Part shown: in pieces, positions 56,551 through 58,712 of the stretch
How the letters are laid out: each line of letters begins with the position of its first letter
Position numbering within the stretch: the first letter of the stretch is position 1
Assembly (NCBI GenBank): GCA_016840095.1
Contig: JAEOSZ010000114.1
Span: 1-58,712, forward strand
Length of the DNA: 58,712 nt
From: Candidatus Heimdallarchaeota archaeon
Lineage (GTDB): Archaea; Asgardarchaeota; Heimdallarchaeia; Heimdallarchaeales; Heimdallarchaeaceae
Reading direction: 5' to 3'
Program-made: the position numbers and the translations under genes
The notes under the pieces: model-generated
The model's input: the letters and a program-made list of their open reading frames with translations, nothing else
Told to the model about the DNA's origin: nothing
Database searches by the model: none

Positions 56551-57942
56551 ATGGCAAAATCACGAATTTCCTACCTGAACGGACTGGCAATAGTCTGTAT
56601 AGTCTTCATTAGTCTATCAGTTGTGCCAGTAGGTGTATTGGCTGGTGTCGCTTTCAGTGAAGGTGGTTATAACAGTCATGAATTTGATGTAGCTCCTGAA
56701 TCAAATTATACTTTATTTCTAGATATTAAAGGTGATTTAGTATTCTATTATGATATCTATGATTACCCTCATACTAATGAATTTGAAATAGCTATAGTTA
56801 GTGATACTTCCTATTATGACTGGAATGCTTCAGCAGATCCTAAACCTGCTCCAGAATTAGTTGTTATAGGAGACGAAGATCACTTTAGATGGATCAGAGC
56901 ATTTGGTGAAGATAAGTATTTCATAATATATAATGATGATAATGAAACAACCTTACAAGTTGAGTTTTATTACTTTACAGCTGATAGAGCTCAAATTATT
57001 GGAGGTTTGGCTGTAGGTTTAGTATTCTCAACATTTACAGCTATTCTAGCATTGCACACTGCATTCTATATTCTAAGAGTATTGATATTCATACCAATCT
57101 TTGGATTTAGATATTCCAATGGTGATGATCGAAGAAAAGGAAGAAGCTACAATTACGATTACCGTGCAGCTCCAAGAGCTCCCGCAGCACCTGCTACCCC
57201 TGCTGTAAAAGCTGCTCCAGCTACACCTGCTGCTCCTGCAGCACCTGCTGTGCCTTCTATCAGAAGTACTCCAGTTGTACCTGTTAGAAGAGGTCCTGCT
57301 ATTCAAAACATATCTAAAACATATGTTGTTGCAGGACAAGCTAAACAGTACCCAGACTCTGATTTCAAAAGAGTGGTAATGAAAACATGGGATGCAACTT
57401 CAATTGCAGAGAGAGTACTTGTTGTTATCGCATTATTCTTTCTCTTAACCGGTGCAGTTACTACAACTTGGTACATTTTGGTAGTCTTCCCATTAACTTT
57501 GATTGGTATTGCAATCATAGTATATTTCGCTGGACGTAATAGACGTGAAAAACTAATTAGATTAGTTGAGAGTAATAAAGCAGTCTATATTACTGAAGCT
57601 GCAAGAATCCTACGATCTGCATCTGAAATTATCCGAATGGATGCCTGGAAGATAATCAACCTAGGATTAGCTCCAATTGGTTTTGATACTCAGAATCACA
57701 TCTTATTTGATATATCCCAAATTGATCCTAGCAAAATCCAAGATGTTTCCCCTGAAGCACAAAAAATTCACGATGAGTTAGTATCTGAAGTCGCTGAAAA
57801 AGTAGATGTAAAAGAAGAAAAGAAAGTTGAGGAAGTTGTTATTGAAGGCGTAGAAGTCAAATGCCCATTCTGTGACAGCAATAACCCCCCTGACTCTTCA
57901 TTCTGCATAAAATGTGGTGCAAGCCTTAAGCCTGCAAAATAA
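56551..57942 (+). CDS. Membrane protein: extracellular domain, Pro/Ala-rich linker, PCI-like winged helix and C-terminal double zinc ribbon
   Basis: Signal peptide; TM segments; APAAPATPA repeats; VYITEAARIL...KIINLG...GFD; CPFC/CIKC. Confidence 0.8.
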   Translation: MAKSRISYLNGLAIVCIVFISLSVVPVGVLAGVAFSEGGYNSHEFDVAPESNYTLFLDIKGDLVFYYDIYDYPHTNEFEIAIVSDTSYYDWNASADPKPAPELVVIGDEDHFRWIRAFGEDKYFIIYNDDNETTLQVEFYYFTADRAQIIGGLAVGLVFSTFTAILALHTAFYILRVLIFIPIFGFRYSNGDDRRKGRSYNYDYRAAPRAPAAPATPAVKAAPATPAAPAAPAVPSIRSTPVVPVRRGPAIQNISKTYVVAGQAKQYPDSDFKRVVMKTWDATSIAERVLVVIALFFLLTGAVTTTWYILVVFPLTLIGIAIIVYFAGRNRREKLIRLVESNKAVYITEAARILRSASEIIRMDAWKIINLGLAPIGFDTQNHILFDISQIDPSKIQDVSPEAQKIHDELVSEVAEKVDVKEEKKVEEVVIEGVEVKCPFCDSNNPPDSSFCIKCGASLKPAK

Positions 57943-57992
57943 CCTCACTTTCTTCTTCTTTCCTCGTTTTTTTATTCCTTTTTTCTTTTTCT
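57943..57992 (+). terminator. Archaeal oligo-T/pyrimidine-rich terminator
   Basis: Long pyrimidine tract with T runs immediately after the stop codon. Confidence 0.55.
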
Positions 57993-58048
57993 AGAAACAG
58001 TTTTAAGATAGAACAGACAAATTTTCATATTTCAATTTGGTGCAAATA

Positions 58049-58712
58049 TTGACAATTAAACAAGAGCTAATTAAACTTAAACATGAGTATCTTAGTGGCA
58101 AATATGATGAAGTCGTAGAAAAATCAGACAGTTTACTTAAAGAGGAAATACCTGAGAAAGAAAGAATTGAGCTACTAATTTTGAAGAGTAGATGCTATTT
58201 CTTTCTGCAGCAACGTGACAAGAATCCTGACCATCGATTTAAAGGTTTAGAGATAGCTAAAGATGCTTATAATCAAAGCAAGAAATTTGGAGACAATCTC
58301 CTAATTTTTGAATCAAGTTATTGGTGTTTGTGGTTGTATAAAATAACCCGTCATCAAAAAGAAATAATTGAGCTTTTTGAGGAAATAAAAGAAGTCTTCT
58401 TCGAATTAGAGAAATCTCATCCAAATTGTAAGAATCTAAGAGAAATAATGTTTCGAGAGATGGAAAGTGAAAGCATTTTTCAGTCAAAAGGGTTAGAAGG
58501 TAAAGCTGAAGCAGATAGTTGGGAAAGCAATCATCAAATATTGCTGGAAGCTGTTTCTTTGATTGAGCTTGAAGAAGATCCAGAAGACATTCTTTACATT
58601 GAATCAAAAATGAGATATTATTCACATTTAGGTGGAAGTTGGTCAGAAGCAGGAGAATATGAAAAAGCGGTTGAATGGTTTGAGAAATCATTAGAACTTG
58701 TTGACAAAATGA
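58049..58712 (+). CDS. TPR protein, same family as 46163..48127 (runs off the window)
   Basis: Not in the ORF track. The frame is open from TTG 58049 (after GGTG) to the window end: LTIKQELIKLKHEYLSGKYDEVVEK...ERIELLILKS...LGGSWSEAGEYEKAVEWFEKSLEL. Confidence 0.82.
   Translation, partial: MTIKQELIKLKHEYLSGKYDEVVEKSDSLLKEEIPEKERIELLILKSRCYFFLQQRDKNPDHRFKGLEIAKDAYNQSKKFGDNLLIFESSYWCLWLYKITRHQKEIIELFEEIKEVFFELEKSHPNCKNLREIMFREMESESIFQSKGLEGKAEADSWESNHQILLEAVSLIELEEDPEDILYIESKMRYYSHLGGSWSEAGEYEKAVEWFEKSLELVDKM

Noticed and set aside
57160-57260. GC-richer patch suggesting foreign DNA or an RNA gene
   Set aside because: It is explained by Ala/Pro codons in a low-complexity linker.
58257-58691. 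144-aa minus-strand ORF from the track
   Set aside because: It is the antisense shadow of the plus-strand TPR gene starting near 58049.

Overview
AT-rich archaeal genomic DNA with TATA-box promoters, many apparently leaderless genes and GGTGA/GGAG-type ribosome sites. The gene content (longin domains, an expanded TPR family, zinc-ribbon membrane proteins, a PCI-like domain, a PARP-type zinc finger) suggests an Asgard archaeon, probably Heimdallarchaeia; this is an inference. The centre (27.1-44.1 kb) is a divergent energy supercluster. One arm is a group 3b NiFe-hydrogenase operon (hydBGDA plus protease). The other is mvhGA-mvhD-flxCBA-like-hdrA-hdrL-protease-mvhD2, with no hdrB/hdrC in the window. 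The flanks hold heterotrophy genes (M28 and M1 peptidases, GH38 mannosidase, lactate permease, acyl-CoA ligase, ECF and MFS transporters, a family-5 binding protein). Best candidates for undescribed systems: (1) an HdrBC-less Mvh-Flx-HdrA/HdrL flavin-bifurcating complex; (2) a threonine-synthase-like pseudoenzyme (PLP Lys->Arg) fused to a winged HTH, near an HmpT/PdxU2-type ECF operon with a perfect 22-bp operator; (3) a protein with a PARP1/LigIII-type zinc finger; (4) a longin + 7TM two-gene operon; (5) a TrmB-PH/GRAM regulator with twin operators next to a PCI-like/zinc-ribbon membrane protein; (6) a circularly permuted family-5 binding protein. I recognised no rRNA, tRNA, CRISPR array or mobile element. 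All family calls come from motif recognition by eye, not from database searches.
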